DNA of 63,360 nt, filler included, from Kipferlia bialata (Eukaryota): assembly GCA_003568945.1 (NCBI GenBank). It is 4 parts of 4 records of this genome, joined end to end, with 100 filler letters (N's around TTAATTAATTAA, not from the genome) between each part and the next. Parts side by side here need not be neighbours in the genome. Positions count along the whole stretch, not along the records: positions 1 to 28,653 come from BDIP01000148.1; positions 28,754 to 44,621 come from BDIP01000149.1; 2 more parts are not named here. One strand, 5' to 3'. Under the pieces are notes generated by a model. That model was not told the DNA's origin. It saw only the letters and a list, made by a program, of their open reading frames with translations, and ran no database searches. Both the position numbers and the translations under genes were made by a program. Shown here piece after piece: positions 28,077-41,500 of this stretch. How positions within the stretch are numbered: the first letter of the stretch is position 1; every line of letters starts with the position of its first letter.

Positions 28077-28306
28077 CCCTCACTACCCAATATACCCTGC
28101 ACCACTATGTTAGGGTGTATAGAGTCTCTATAATAGAGAGGGTAGAGCCAAGAGACAGAAGGGTTGACCTGTAATCCAAAGACATCTCGATATGGTCAGA
28201 GTCCCTTTCTTTGTGTGTCACTTGCAAAAGGCCGCACCCCAGTATCCCACACCAAAGCGGCGCAGCTACCACACAGAGAGACCAGTCGCGAGAGCCTTAG
28301 CCAGCG
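28077..28306. promoter_or_regulatory. Short divergent intergenic region, putative bidirectional promoter
   Basis: 230 nt between the GPN2 ATG (-) and the ATG at 28307 (+); assigned by position only, no motif identified. Confidence 0.35.
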
Positions 28307-28354
28307 ATGGACCCCAAGACTGGCCAGAAGAAGGTGGTGGTGAAGAAGGAGCAG
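28307..28354 (+). CDS. First exon of a gene truncated by the contig end
   Basis: MDPKTGQKKVVVKKEQ followed by a CAG|gtgagg donor; codon usage like neighbouring exons. Confidence 0.5.
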
Positions 28355-28603
28355 GTGAGGCACATACTGTATGATGACAGACATCGACGGGAGGGGGGTG
28401 AGAAGATGGTCTACGCATGGGCGATTTGTGCACGAGATGAGCGGGTATTGGGAGGAGATAGGGGTGATGAGAGATGTTGGGTAGTGTTGGTGACTTCAGT
28501 CAATCGATATGTCGTATGTATATTGTGATCAACACTACTATAGTAACCAGCGAATCTGTTGCTGAATAGTATACTTGCTAATATGTGATGGCAGTGTTGT
28601 ATG

Positions 28604-28653
<50 letters not shown>

Positions 28654-28753
28654 NNNNNNNNNNNNNNNNNNNNNNNNNNNNNNNNNNNNNNNNNNNNTTA
28701 ATTAATTAANNNNNNNNNNNNNNNNNNNNNNNNNNNNNNNNNNNNNNNNNNNN
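28654..28753. other. Artificial contig linker
   Basis: 100 nt of N with central TTAATTAATTAA (stops in all six frames), identical to the other two linkers. Confidence 0.97.
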
Positions 28754-28880
28754 GGGGGCCCCTCTTTCCCCCCTCCCCCCCCCCCCCCCCCCCCTATAGT
28801 TTGCCGGAACATTGGTTGGATGTCACTCATTCTCATCCCTACACTCTCTGTCTCGTATGCCCAAGATATCCCCACCCCAG

Positions 28881-31800
28881 GTTGTGAAGGTCACATATGT
28901 GGAGGACATCACATGCAACGCTATCCAGGTAGGGGGACATATACTCCAGTGTGTATGTGTGTATATGTAGGGCTATACCCAGACCATACACTAAAATTGT
29001 TTCAGTACCCCCTCCATCCACTCTCTCTGCTTTCACATGTCTATTGTCAGCTTCTCAGCTAAGGGACTGAGTCTTGTTATCTTCTCTTTATGTCGAGTTA
29101 TCACTAGTGTATATGTAGTGTATATGTGTGTATGTGCCCCTATCCCCAGCTGGTGCACATTGAGACTGGGGCCAGGGTCCTCAAGCTGGAGTCAGCTGAT
29201 GTGGAGAAGATGTTCATCGTGGCGTTCAGGACACCACCCCCTGATGACACAGGTGTGTGCACATATTTACATTCATGTGGTGAATGACTATGTATAATGT
29301 AAGGACTCAATGTTCTCTCCAAACTATTTCCATCCCATAACTGAACATATACTGCTCTCTTTCCCTTCCTTGGCCTCTCATGCATACTATAGAGCACTCT
29401 ATCGCCTCTCTCTCCTCCCACACCTCATCCCAGGCCTGCCCCACATCCTGGAGCACTCTGTGCTGTGTGGGTCCAAGAGATACCCCCTCAAGGAGCCATT
29501 CACCAACCTGCTGCAGTCCTCTCTCCAGACATTCCTCAATGCATTCACATACAGTGACAAGACATGCTACCCCATATCTAGCAGGTATGTTTGAGCTTTC
29601 GTGTAGATATATATTGGCTGCTACTCTTACACGCATTCTCACTCCCCAGGTGCCTGGCTGACTACACCAACCTGTCCAACGTCTATCTCGACGCAGTGTT
29701 CCAGCCCAACATCACAGAGAGCACATTCCAGCAGGTACAGGCAGTTCAGAGAGCACTTGTCACGTTGTGTTAGTGTATCTTACCGTTAGGAGGGATGGCA
29801 CCTGCATGTCACAGGTGACAAGGAGGAGGGAGAGAGCAAGAAGGAGGGAGAGACTAAGGAGGAGAGCGAAGAGGAGGAGGAGGGTTCCTCCAAGGACTGT
29901 GCAGCTTGCATCAAGGGTGTTGTTTACAACGAGATGCAGGTACCCATATACTTCTGTCAACGATATTCTTATCTATTTAGAATCGAACCCATGCCATCTA
30001 CTCACACTCAGGGTGCCTTCTCTGATGCCCTCTCTCTCCTCTACGATGAGTCTGAGCAGGCTCTGTTCCCAGACACCCCCCTAGGTACAGGAACACATAT
30101 CCCGAATGCGTGCAATGCCTACTTGTAGTCCTGCTACCCGGTTCCAACAAATATTCAATCTGATCTATTGATTTGTCGACCCGTCTTACCTTCAGGCAAC
30201 TGCTCCGGTGGTGCCCCCGAGGCCATCAGAACTCTGACCTACGAGAGATTCACAGAGTTCCACAGGTTGGATTTTTATATACATACTCTTATGTATAACA
30301 AGGACTTATATATTGATGCCTGATACCCCAAGTTGTCTCATATCTGACCTCAGGACGTACTACCACCCTGCCAACGCCTCTGTGATTGTGTATGGAGACT
30401 GCCCCCTGGAGACTGAGCTCCAGACACTTGCAGAGCACCTCGCACCATTCAAGAAGTGAGTGGTTGTTATGTCCTCTGAAGATCTGTCTCCTTTCGTCCC
30501 TATATTATCAGGACTCCCTTGAACCTCTTACACTGCATGGGTATACGTCTCGTAAGTTCATACATAAGCAGTATATATATCATCTCACCCCCCAGGACCA
30601 CCGACCCCGTCCCCCCCATGCCCATGCAGACACCCTTCAAGGAGCCCACGCTCTGCAGGGTGCCCTACCCAGGTACGGTATCTCTCTGCACTCACATAGT
30701 ATCCCCTGCAGACTGCCTTTGTGATGATGTATCCTCCCTCACCCCAGGCGACAACATGGAGAAGGGTGCCTGCCTTGGCCTCGCATACCAGATCGGAGAC
30801 GTCAGGTACACATGCATCTCTCTCTCGCTCTCTCTCTCTATATATATGCACCCCTTACCCCAGGGACCAGACCGAGCTGTATGCCCTGACCCTCGTCGAC
30901 ACTGTACTCAACGACCTGCCAGGCAGTGTGCTCAAGGAGGCCGTGCAGAAGGTGGGTGGACTATGCTATGATGTATAGGGTATATACACTAATATGCACA
31001 TGGCTCTCTACCCACACCAGGTTGTGGGCTCCTACCACTCCTGTCTGGACACCCACCTGGCACAGCCCATGATCACACTCGTCGGACAGCAGGTGGGATG
31101 GGTGCATTGTAGGCTCACATTCTTCATACATGGCACCTTGTAGAGATATGTGCGTATTGTAGTTCTCTCTTTCATTGGGTAAAGATGACTCTCACCCCAG
31201 TGTGCTGCCTCTGACTGGGAGACCTTTGAGAAGTGCATTCTGGACACACTCAAGGAGGTATTCATGCTGTGCACATGCAGAGTGTACATAGTATATAGTG
31301 TGGATTACACAGAGTTTGCATATAGTCACCCGTTCTCATTCCCTCACCCTCAGGTTGTGGCCAACCCCCCTCCCCTCGAATCCTTCTATGCCGCCCTGTC
31401 CTCCCTCTCCTTCAGCCTCAGAGAGCCACCCCAGGGGGAGCCCAGAGGTACAGGGCATACAGTGTCTTTTCGGGACAGTCTCAATACCCTTCTCCCTCTG
31501 TGTCTGACACCCCAGGCCTGCAGCTTGCCCTGCGTGTCCTGCGTACCTGGCTGTACGACCACTCGACCGATGGGTCAGGGGAGGAGACCGACATGTGCCT
31601 CACCCTGATGCACACAGACATGCACATCAACGCACTCAAGGTATATATATGTGTGTATACACTGATCACAGTAGACACTCACCATTGTTGTTTCTCATAT
31701 CATATATTCACCTCTCTTACCCCTAGGCCAAGATGGAGTCTGAGGGTGTCGGGTACTTCGTCTCCCTGATTGAGAAGTACTTTGTCAACAACACACATAG

Positions 31801-34800
31801 GGCAGGAGTCATTGTGGAGCCAAAGGCTGACCTTGGTACGTACTGTTACTACACAATAGGAATAAGAGCCGAATATGTGTTAGCTTTATATACTATGTAT
31901 CTCCTAACCCCCAGAGAAGGAGAGGGCCGCAGAGATGGAGGCCTCCATCAAGGCCATGTTCGACAAGGTACTCTCTCTCTCTCTCTCTATCAATGTCTCT
32001 ATCCCTATGTGTTGCCTCTCATCCTAGGACCCCACTCTGAAGGAGAGGGCCAGGGCTGAGACTGCCGAGCTTCTGAAGAGGCAGAGTGACACAGACAGCC
32101 CCGAGGCTCTGGAGACACTGCCCAAGCTGTCTAGGTTAGTTGTGCCTTCTAGTATACATCTACCAATAGTCTCTTACATCCAGGGAAGACCTCCCCGCCT
32201 CTGTTGACAACTTCCCAGTGGTGGAGACCACAACACCCATGGGTAAGTCTAGAGAGTTAGACACCTGCTATTCTCTATGGTGTCGTCTGACCCTCAGGCA
32301 TCAAGGCCGTCTCCCACGACACCTCTGCCTGTGGGGGCAAGGGCCTGGCATACGTCAGGACATACCTCGAAGTCAGTGACCTGGCCACCCCAGAGGAGAT
32401 TAGGTGGGTGTGAGTGTATAGTTATACATACATTATATGGGGCTCTATTGTTATCACAAACTGTCTTACCCGCAGCTCTGCCTCTCTTCTCTCCTCCCTC
32501 CTCTTCTCTGTCGCCTCCAAGACCATGTCCTATGCTGAGATGGCACTCGCCGTTGAGAGATACACAGGTACGGAGTCTGTCTAATTGAGTGTTGTATTAC
32601 ATACTCCCTTACACTCTTGGGTTCATTGGGAAGCTGATTCATTTCCTTTTCGTCTGATGTGCGTTGTATATTGTGTGTTCTTTCTAACTCCAGGTGGCAT
32701 TGCCGTTGGCATGTCCTCCTCTGCCCTCCCATACGCACCCCAGAACCTGAGGTAGAGTAAATAGTTTTGTATACATAGTATTTGCGATGTTGATTGTATG
32801 GCATCACATATTCCACAAGTACTAATGTCAGTGGTTCCCCTGAGGAGCGCTACCGCACCATAATCACCCTCTCAGTGCGTATGCTGTCTGAGAACACACA
32901 GAAGGGTACGTCTATCTTGGAGCAAGAACCTTCATTTCTTCCACGTTGATTATGTGTGGCTACTGCATATTGTGCTCACCCCTCTAGGCATGGAGCTTCT
33001 GGTGGATGCCCTCGCTGGATTCGATGAGGCCCTAGGAGACAGGGCAAGGCTGCTGGAGGTCATCACGGAGATGATCAGGTGGGTGCATATATATATATAT
33101 TCAGTTACATTACGGTCAAACCTCCATGTGAGTGTGGAGCTGATGCCGTAAGACTAACCCCCCAGCTCGATGGAGACCAACCTCCTCCGTGCTGGCAATG
33201 CCCTGGCTGCCATGAGGGCCAAGGCCCACTTCAGTGGCAAGGCACACACACAGGACTGCTCTGGAGGTATGTGTCTATATCACTCACTCCCACTCGTAGA
33301 TACTCCTCACACCAGGTCTCTCCTACCTTCACTTCCTCCGTAAGTGCGCTGCCATTCTCGCTCCTCCAAAGACTGAGGGAGATGCAGAGGCTCCTGTTGA
33401 TACCACCGCGGCTGATGCATTTGTCGATGGACTGAAGACACTCTGGAAGAGGATATTCGTCAACGAGCCATCTAGGTGCGGTTGCTAGCTTTGTATTCAA
33501 TCAGTGGTTTTAGTTGTCTGTATATATTCTTTTGTGTTGTCTGTGTACTCTACCTCACCCCAGGGCCCTTGTCTCTGTGGGAGTGGAGCCCGAGCAGATG
33601 AAGCCCACCTTCAAGATTGTGGACGCTACCATTGGTGCACACATGGGAATCAAGGTGGGTCATATGGGCTACTCGTTCTATCCCACCAACTGTTCTCCTC
33701 TCTCCCTTCTTACTCCAGGCCCTTCCCCGGTCTGTCCTATCCGCCAGGTGGAGATTCCTGCCTATGCCAGGTACCACTTGCATGTTATATTTTTCTCTCC
33801 ATATTCTCTCCCTCTCTCTCTCTCATGTCAGCCATGGCCCCTCTCCCTGGCACCTCCGAGGTCATCCTATCCCCCTCCGCTGCTGTCTCATACTGTGCCC
33901 AGTTCGGCAAGGTCAAGCAGACAGAGAAGGTAACGGCAGTCATATGCATGTCCTACCAGTAGTCTTTGTACTGACCCCCAGGGCGAGGCTGTGTCTAGGG
34001 GTGAGAAGGCTGCCCCCCTCAAGGACTACATGCTCTCCAGCTCACAGGTATGGGTATTGGCAGTGGGCTCTCGAATGTGGTTATCATCTGTGGGAGGGTT
34101 CAGCATTGTGTCCGGATAATCCATCCTCATTCACCTCTCTCACCCCCTAGGACATGTTTGCCAGCCATGTCCTCAGCACTGGGTACCTCTGGGACGAGGT
34201 CAGGGTCAAGGGTACGCATGTGTAGTATACTACTCTTCACTGGGATACATCATATCATATCATATTTGTTCTTCTGTCTTATGTGATAGATGGTTAGCTT
34301 GGCTCCTATTTAAATGATACCACTCTGACCCCAGGCGGCGCCTATGGCTCTTCTTGCATAGCCACAACCGACAACATGATCGGGTGCACTAGCTACAGGT
34401 ATCAAGGATTGCAACGATATCATCAACAGATGTATCATTGATACACACCAGTGCTCTCTTTCTCCCTCTATCTCCCCTTTTCTCTGTTCTCGCAGCATCC
34501 TTACCCCCAGAGACCCCAACGTCACCAACACCCTGTCACTCTTCAGAGGAGCCCCCCAGAACCTGAGGTACATACCCTACTGATACCCTGTCACACACAA
34601 TTGCTGCTGTGCATCCTCTCTTACGCCAGGGAGCAGAGCCTGACAGATGAGGAGCTCCTGCCACTTCTGATTGGTATGTAAATGACTAGTCCTCTCTCAC
34701 TCTCACTGGTGTCCCCAACTGGTAGTCCCCAGTTCTCTAATTATTCAATTGTATACACTTCATCATCATTCTTCTGACTCTTAGGAACTATCGGGTCCCT

Positions 34801-35152
34801 CCAGCGTGACCTCTCTCCAGCCGGGGCATCCCTCTGTGCCACCAGCAGATACATATGCGGTGAGTATTACCATACCGTCCTTGTTCATCTCACTACACCT
34901 TAATACCTTACCCCAGGCCGCACCCCAGAGATAGTGGACGCTGAGTACCAGCACCTCCTGGCCATGTCTGTAGAGGACCTCAAGCAGTTCGGAGGGAAGC
35001 TCGAGCAGTGCCTGGGAGAAGGTACACTCTCTTACACACTATACTCTCTTACACGATGCCTCTTACCCCTTCCAGGCCACTGGTGCGTGCTGTGCAGTGA
35101 GGGCACCTACCAGGAGAGTGGGCTCAAGGCGGATGTCGAGACCAAGCTCTAG
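28881..35152 (+). CDS. PITRM1: Presequence protease / pitrilysin M16C metallopeptidase (PreP/Cym1-like), 5' truncated
   Basis: [47 protein letters not shown] (HXXEH at 29442-29456); FLNAFTYSDKTCYP; YLDAVFQP; KGVVYNEMQ; YYHPANA; YLWDEVRVK-GGAYG; SYRDPN; ends VETKL* at 35152. Confidence 0.92.
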
Positions 35153-35589
35153 GCAGCGTCACGCATAGCCTCACTCAAGAGGAGGGATCCAAACCGACTG
35201 AGGCCGTCCGAGTCCATTAGCCCTTTATGGTTTCTGAGTCGGTGCGAACGATATCAGACCGATTGTTGGCCATGTTGTGTGTCCATTACTGTAAGGAGAT
35301 CTAGGCTTCATGAGAGACTTCCGCAGTTGGATTATGTGTCTATGCTTTTGATTATCCAATAGATTCGACATGTGTTCCGGTGAAGGAGTGTGGGAAGATT
35401 AGAAGACATCACTTCTGAATTACTGATTCACAGTAAGCTCCCACAACTGACATAGTGATGAAAACTAACTAATTTACATGTTGATACATAAGAAAGTGCT
35501 TAACTATAAGAAAACGAAGCAAGTAGTACAGGCAATGGAAGAACACAGACAGGGTCATGTTGTCACGATTCCTACTGATACAGAGTCTC

Positions 35590-38500
35590 TCACAAGGAGT
35601 CAGAGAGTCGGGATGTATCTACGGACAGCCTCTGGGGGCCAGCCACTCCAAGTAGAACCACTCCAGAGACCAACCCGTCCATGCCCTCATACATGCTGTG
35701 GAAGATGTCAGGCTGGGGGTCAGAGAGTTGTGTGTGTATGGGGTGGAAGATTGTCCGCAAGATAGTAACGCCTATCGTATTCTCACCTTGGGACTACTGT
35801 ACGATCCACCTACCCCAGTAGGATCAAAGACTCCGGCAGGCAAAGGACACCTTGTATTAGTCAACAGGAATTGCTATTTGTCTCACATACAAAATGGTCG
35901 GAAACCCAAGCATATATATACACACACATATATATATATACCTCATTACCAATGCCTCTAGAGCCCCCTCCGCCCCCTCAATCTCTGTCTGAGTGGCGTC
36001 ACTCTCTGTAGGTATGTAGTGCCTCTGCAGAAGACACTGGTGGTGAGCCAACACTCATATAGACTATGTCAACAGGATGATCAACATATCCATAAATACA
36101 GATATTCACGGCCATTCTCACCTCTGCCTTCTGTACCAGCCCCTGGATGGCCTCTGTGCCATGATGGCTCTTGGTCACAATGTCTCCAAACACAAAGCCT
36201 CTGCCAGTTGGAGTCTCTGGTGCTAGCCACTTCTCTCTACAACCTCCAACGGACAGCGTCGATGGTATGTGTCCATCGCTGAAGGCGGACTCGACTGCAA
36301 AAGAGCCCCAGGACTGATTGACGAAAGAGGGTGTGGGGTTCTGAAGTGCCGATAGCAAACCATACACATCTCTGCTAACAGTCACGTTGCCAACCGGAGA
36401 GAGCTCCTCCATAAGACGGGCCCTGGAGTCAGGAGTTGGAATCCGTTATCAGCCTCCATATTCCATTATTACCAATATAGATACTTAGTCATGGGGTGTG
36501 ACATACCTGTCAGGGGCAATGCCAAATATGTCGTAGGAGACTCGGATAGACCCGATGACGCATGCATATGCCGGTCCGACAGCCAGACCGCACCTGACTT
36601 GCAAGGGAGCGTCTAGGGTTAATGCACAACTGCATGCCAATATATAGCAAACTAAGCTTATACGAACTGTCTACCACTATCCACTGAATGTACCTGACAC
36701 ATTGAACGACGCCTGGCATGACTGCAGCATCTTGATACTGAACCTGGCCATGTCAGCTATGGACTGGACAACAGACTCGGCACTCAGCGTGGCCATCTCT
36801 GGAGAGTCAGCAGAATTCATTATACATATATACCTGCATGAAAATGCGGACTACGTAGTACCTGTTGCACTGAATGCCCTCATGACCTCGTAGGCATCCC
36901 CCACGGTCTTGACCTTGGTGACACCGATACCAGCCTCTCTGGGTTCAGGTGGGGACTCATTATATATCCAAAGTGCCACAACAATACAACTCCATACACA
37001 ATATGGGACCCATACCTCATAACTAGCTCATCCAATCCTGCAAAGAGGGTCTTGAGTGTGGCAACAACATGGTTACTGCTCTTGGTCTAGTTGTGAGTGA
37101 TATTGAAGTCACATTATCATATGCAAGTATCTACTATTGTTCGCGTACCTCACAGAATGTGGTGAACCCGACAATGTCCAGCTTGACATAGATACAAAGG
37201 GGGAAGAAGGTGATCTCATGACGATGCATGAGCTCGTTGGTGTCACTAGAAGGTCAGATCAGCGAGGTCAATTCCATAGATAAGTACAATAGCACTAGAA
37301 TATGTAAACGAAAGGAAAGTATATAGAATAGAACACGCGTACCTCTCTGTCCGTGCCATGCTCTCTCCCTCATAACCGTCAGATACAGACACCTCCAGGA
37401 CACTCTGGATGTCTGACACCGACTCGAAGTCATGCTCTAGGGTGAGAGGGATACAGGGTTAGCTGACACACACAATATGGTACTATTAGAGAATAGAACG
37501 TGTCGTCAAGAGACAAGTACACACCTGATGCCTCCATCTCCGCACTGCACTCGACATGGTCTCTGGAGACGCTGTATACAGTACTAAGTGGACCACTGAG
37601 CCCCTTAATCATAAGAGACCGGCCAGAGAGAGACACCGACAGGTTGGATACTGTTAGTCCCCTAGATGTGAGGTTATCGGAGGCCCTCCTAACACAAGAG
37701 TATATACGTTTCACGCAGTAACTATAGTTAATATGTCAGTAAAACATATGCGACCAACAATACCTCATGTGACTGTGAGAGGTAGCAGAGTGTGATATGT
37801 CGTCATCTGTCTCCTCTGCAGGGTGGTCCACTGAAGCAGACACCCTGCCCGGGTACCACTCCTGGAACATTGACATGACCTCATCCTCTCTGGAGGGTGA
37901 GATTGTAGAGATTAGACAGGTCATAGACAGAGATCATAGACAGAGATCAACAGTCAAAGAGACCACTACACGAAAGACGCGTCACTTACCTGACTCGCAT
38001 CGGTGCCGGTCGGTCCACAGGAGGAAGAGGCCTAGAAGAGCGAGGCAGCCGAGAGAGCCTGGACTGTCTGGATACTGCAGGGCTTGGAAGAGTGCTCCCC
38101 AGTCCCTACAGTCAGGCAGAACATCCAGGGGTATGTATGGAAACCAATGTCCTATGAGACAGCAATTGATACACTCATTACCACAAACACACATTATGTC
38201 TTTGTATGTGTCTTACCTCGTAGTATGCGCTAAGGAACCTCTGGGTATCAGGATGAGGCGTGGTTCCAACCCCACTGGCCCTGCTGACCATATAGGAGAC
38301 CTGACGTAAGAATGACACAATACAGTACACCCAAAGAAGAAACAAACTCATCCTTTCGCGGCTATGTACAATATTCGATGAAATACAGTATACGAAGACA
38401 AATCACAATAATGAGCAAACTGAATACCATCTAAATCGTATAGCCATAGCCAACTGACCAACCTGGTGGTGCAGCATAGAGACGAGCACAGTACCGTCCA

Positions 38501-41500
38501 CTCCAACTGGGGTACGCATGCCCTTGTGTGTAGATATGAAGCGCTCAACGTCCTGGGCATCAATCCATTGGGCGACGGAAGTGAGGGAGAAACTGTTCCT
38601 ATATGTATTGCCTTCACGTATAGACAACTGCATATCGTTACGACACAGCTCACCTCCTTAGACATGGCCCCTGCCACATCGAACAGACAAGACGCCTCGG
38701 CAATCACCGGAGACAGGATACGAGAGAAGTAACGACCAGAGGCCACTCTGGGGGTAAGACCATGGTTGGTAGGGTAGCTAATAGTTGACTTGGTCCACAG
38801 ACCCAGAGATAGGGACATGATGTACCGATATATGTAGTACCTCCCAACGAGTGTCTCTGCCGCCACGGTCTCGACCAGCTGCCTGAGAGATACACACATG
38901 GTGGCCACCTGAGATCAGCACCACACCACACACAGAGTATACACACACGTACGGGGATTATAGGTTGATAATTGGACACATGACTCTCATACCTGGTTGA
39001 TGGACACGATGAGTGAGAAGAGGGTGATCATGAGAGTGGCCAGAAACACCAGGCTGGACTGTCTGCTCATGGATAGCATGTACCCACACATGGGAACACT
39101 CAGCAGGAATGTGACACAAATCACAACAACACTGACGTTAGATATATGAGGATGAACGGACATACGCATCCTCGCAACAGTCATAAGAGAACTCTTAACA
39201 CTAGAATATATGTGCCTCATATGATAAGTACCTGTCGATGTCGTTGATGCCAAGGAGGGTGATGATGGTCTCGTTCAGCAGCATCACAGCAGACAGCATT
39301 CCGTAGCTGCTAATCTGCGGTCACTTTACATAAGAATACAGAGTAAACCAGAATACAAGTATACTCCCAGTAACCCCTACCCGCGGGAGAAAGATTCCAA
39401 GACTCATGGCGGAGCTAATCAGCCTGCTACACTCCCAAATTGGCCAGAGAGTGAAGCCAGTGGCGATGACCTGACAGCAGATCTTGGAAACGTTGATCTA
39501 GAGGGTAAGAATCCAAAGAGTCTAGAAACTCACAGGATATACAATCATATATACAAACCATGAAAATTGACAATAATGACTACAGGGGTCAGTGAGTGTG
39601 TCACTCACCTTGTGGTACCACCCGAGAGCCTTGCGGTATCCGGTAATGTCTCCTGAGCCCCTGGGATAGCAGACCTGTCCCAGAAGCTCCACAAGGATCT
39701 TGGTCAAGTACTCGAGGTGAGCAGCGTTAGACACAGAGTACTAGATGGAGGGACCACATACCTTGACCGAGAGTGGATATCCAACTACCCTGAGGAGCAT
39801 CACAAAACCATGGACAAAGAGAGCAATCTGGAAGGACAGCAAGTGGCTGGGTATCAGGTACAGAGGGGAAGGGGGAGTAAACAACGTACAACCGTCGCCA
39901 GACTCAATAATACCTGCTTGCGGTTTCATCAGCGGCGAGAACACCGGCAGCGCTAGAGTTCTGGGATGAGAGATACCATGGGCATTAGAGAGGCAATAAT
40001 AATGCTACATGTATTGTATCCATACATTTGCGATGCTGAGCATAGTCTCTACTGCGGCAAGCCATGTCAAGACCAGCTGCACAAGGGTCAGGACCCGGAG
40101 CTTGAGGCAATTGCGGCGAATCTGGAGTGAGATGTAGTGACCACGATGTGACGTCTACCGCAGGCATCGTAGATAGAGGAGGTACCTTGGTTAGTGTGTG
40201 GAGCATCAGAAAGAGACTAGTCCTGCCGGTGCTCTGTTCTAGAGAGAGCTTGAACACTGCAGGGATCGACCTGGAGTCAGTATGACACTAGATGTTATAA
40301 GAGAGAAGTGTGTAACACGTACTTCACGGTTAGCATTAGACTCTCAGTGGGGCGTAGTGTCTTTCTGTTCCATACAGCCTCTGTGAGGGTGGCTAGAGCA
40401 CTGCCCCTGGGGCCACCCTTGACCGACTGGGGTGAGGGTATATGTACAATGGTCAGAGGAGGGTAAACATAACCTCTCATTGCATGCTTACTGATTCATG
40501 GACATCACGCTACCTCATGAACTCCTTGCAGGTCGTCCAAGAGCTGCGAGTCCAAAGTCTGGAGTTGAGAAGGAAATGGCAGAAGAGTACCACCCGACAT
40601 CGTGTATATATATGATACCTGCACATCGGGGCAGGACAGGTGTCTAAATGACCTGGCCGAGAACAGTCTCCTCTTCTCCCTCTTCTGCGTTGACCCCTTC
40701 CGCCTGGCCCCTGACCCTCTCTGTCCCTGACCAGCACCGGTCTCGAGGTCTATCACAGTCGGGTACATGGAGGCTAGAGGTAAGATATCTGTTCCGGTCC
40801 AGATTATAAGCAACTGAAATGGGTCCGAACCTGCTAACTCTGGGGTGATCATCGTCGATGATAATACTAGGTCATGTATGGGTTCTGAGGTAGCGTCAGG
40901 AGTGGATACGTCAATGCGAAGGCTCCCTTGTTCAGCGAAGGGGACTGGGGAGGGAGAGAGGTATCTACTTCCTGAGAGTCAGTCAACGATGTGTCCCAAA
41001 CACAAACATCAGTTGAGGATTACTGTAGTGAAACTGCGTCACACCGTAATAGGAGCTGGTACCTGTCTCTGAGGCATCTGTCTCTGTCTCTGTGTCTGTC
41101 TCTGTCTCTGACTGGGTCAGACAGGGTACACTGCTGACCCTGCCAGGTGAGGGGGGGGGGGTCTAAACACTGTAGAGTATGAAGAGATACGCAGACATGT
41201 AAGACGGGGATACATGCATGAATAACCCTGTCATGCACCAGACTAACAGGTAATTAGAACTCACCTGATCATAATGGCCTCTGAGGGAGTAGTACGTTGG
41301 GCCAAAGAACCAATGCTCTCTGTGGACGTGAATCGCGCCCTGATATGAGGCATTGGTATTACATCATATAATAATATACACAATAGTCACAACATACAGA
41401 GTGATTCTGACCTAATAATTGCCCATGGGTTCTCTAGGATTGCACTGTTGATATCTACCATGGACGACAACCTCTGAAGTGACTGTAAAGGCTCTCGGGC

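Noticed and set aside
35141..35152. C-terminal -TKL of the protease as a peroxisomal PTS1
   Set aside because: Non-canonical first residue and acidic upstream context; too weak to support.
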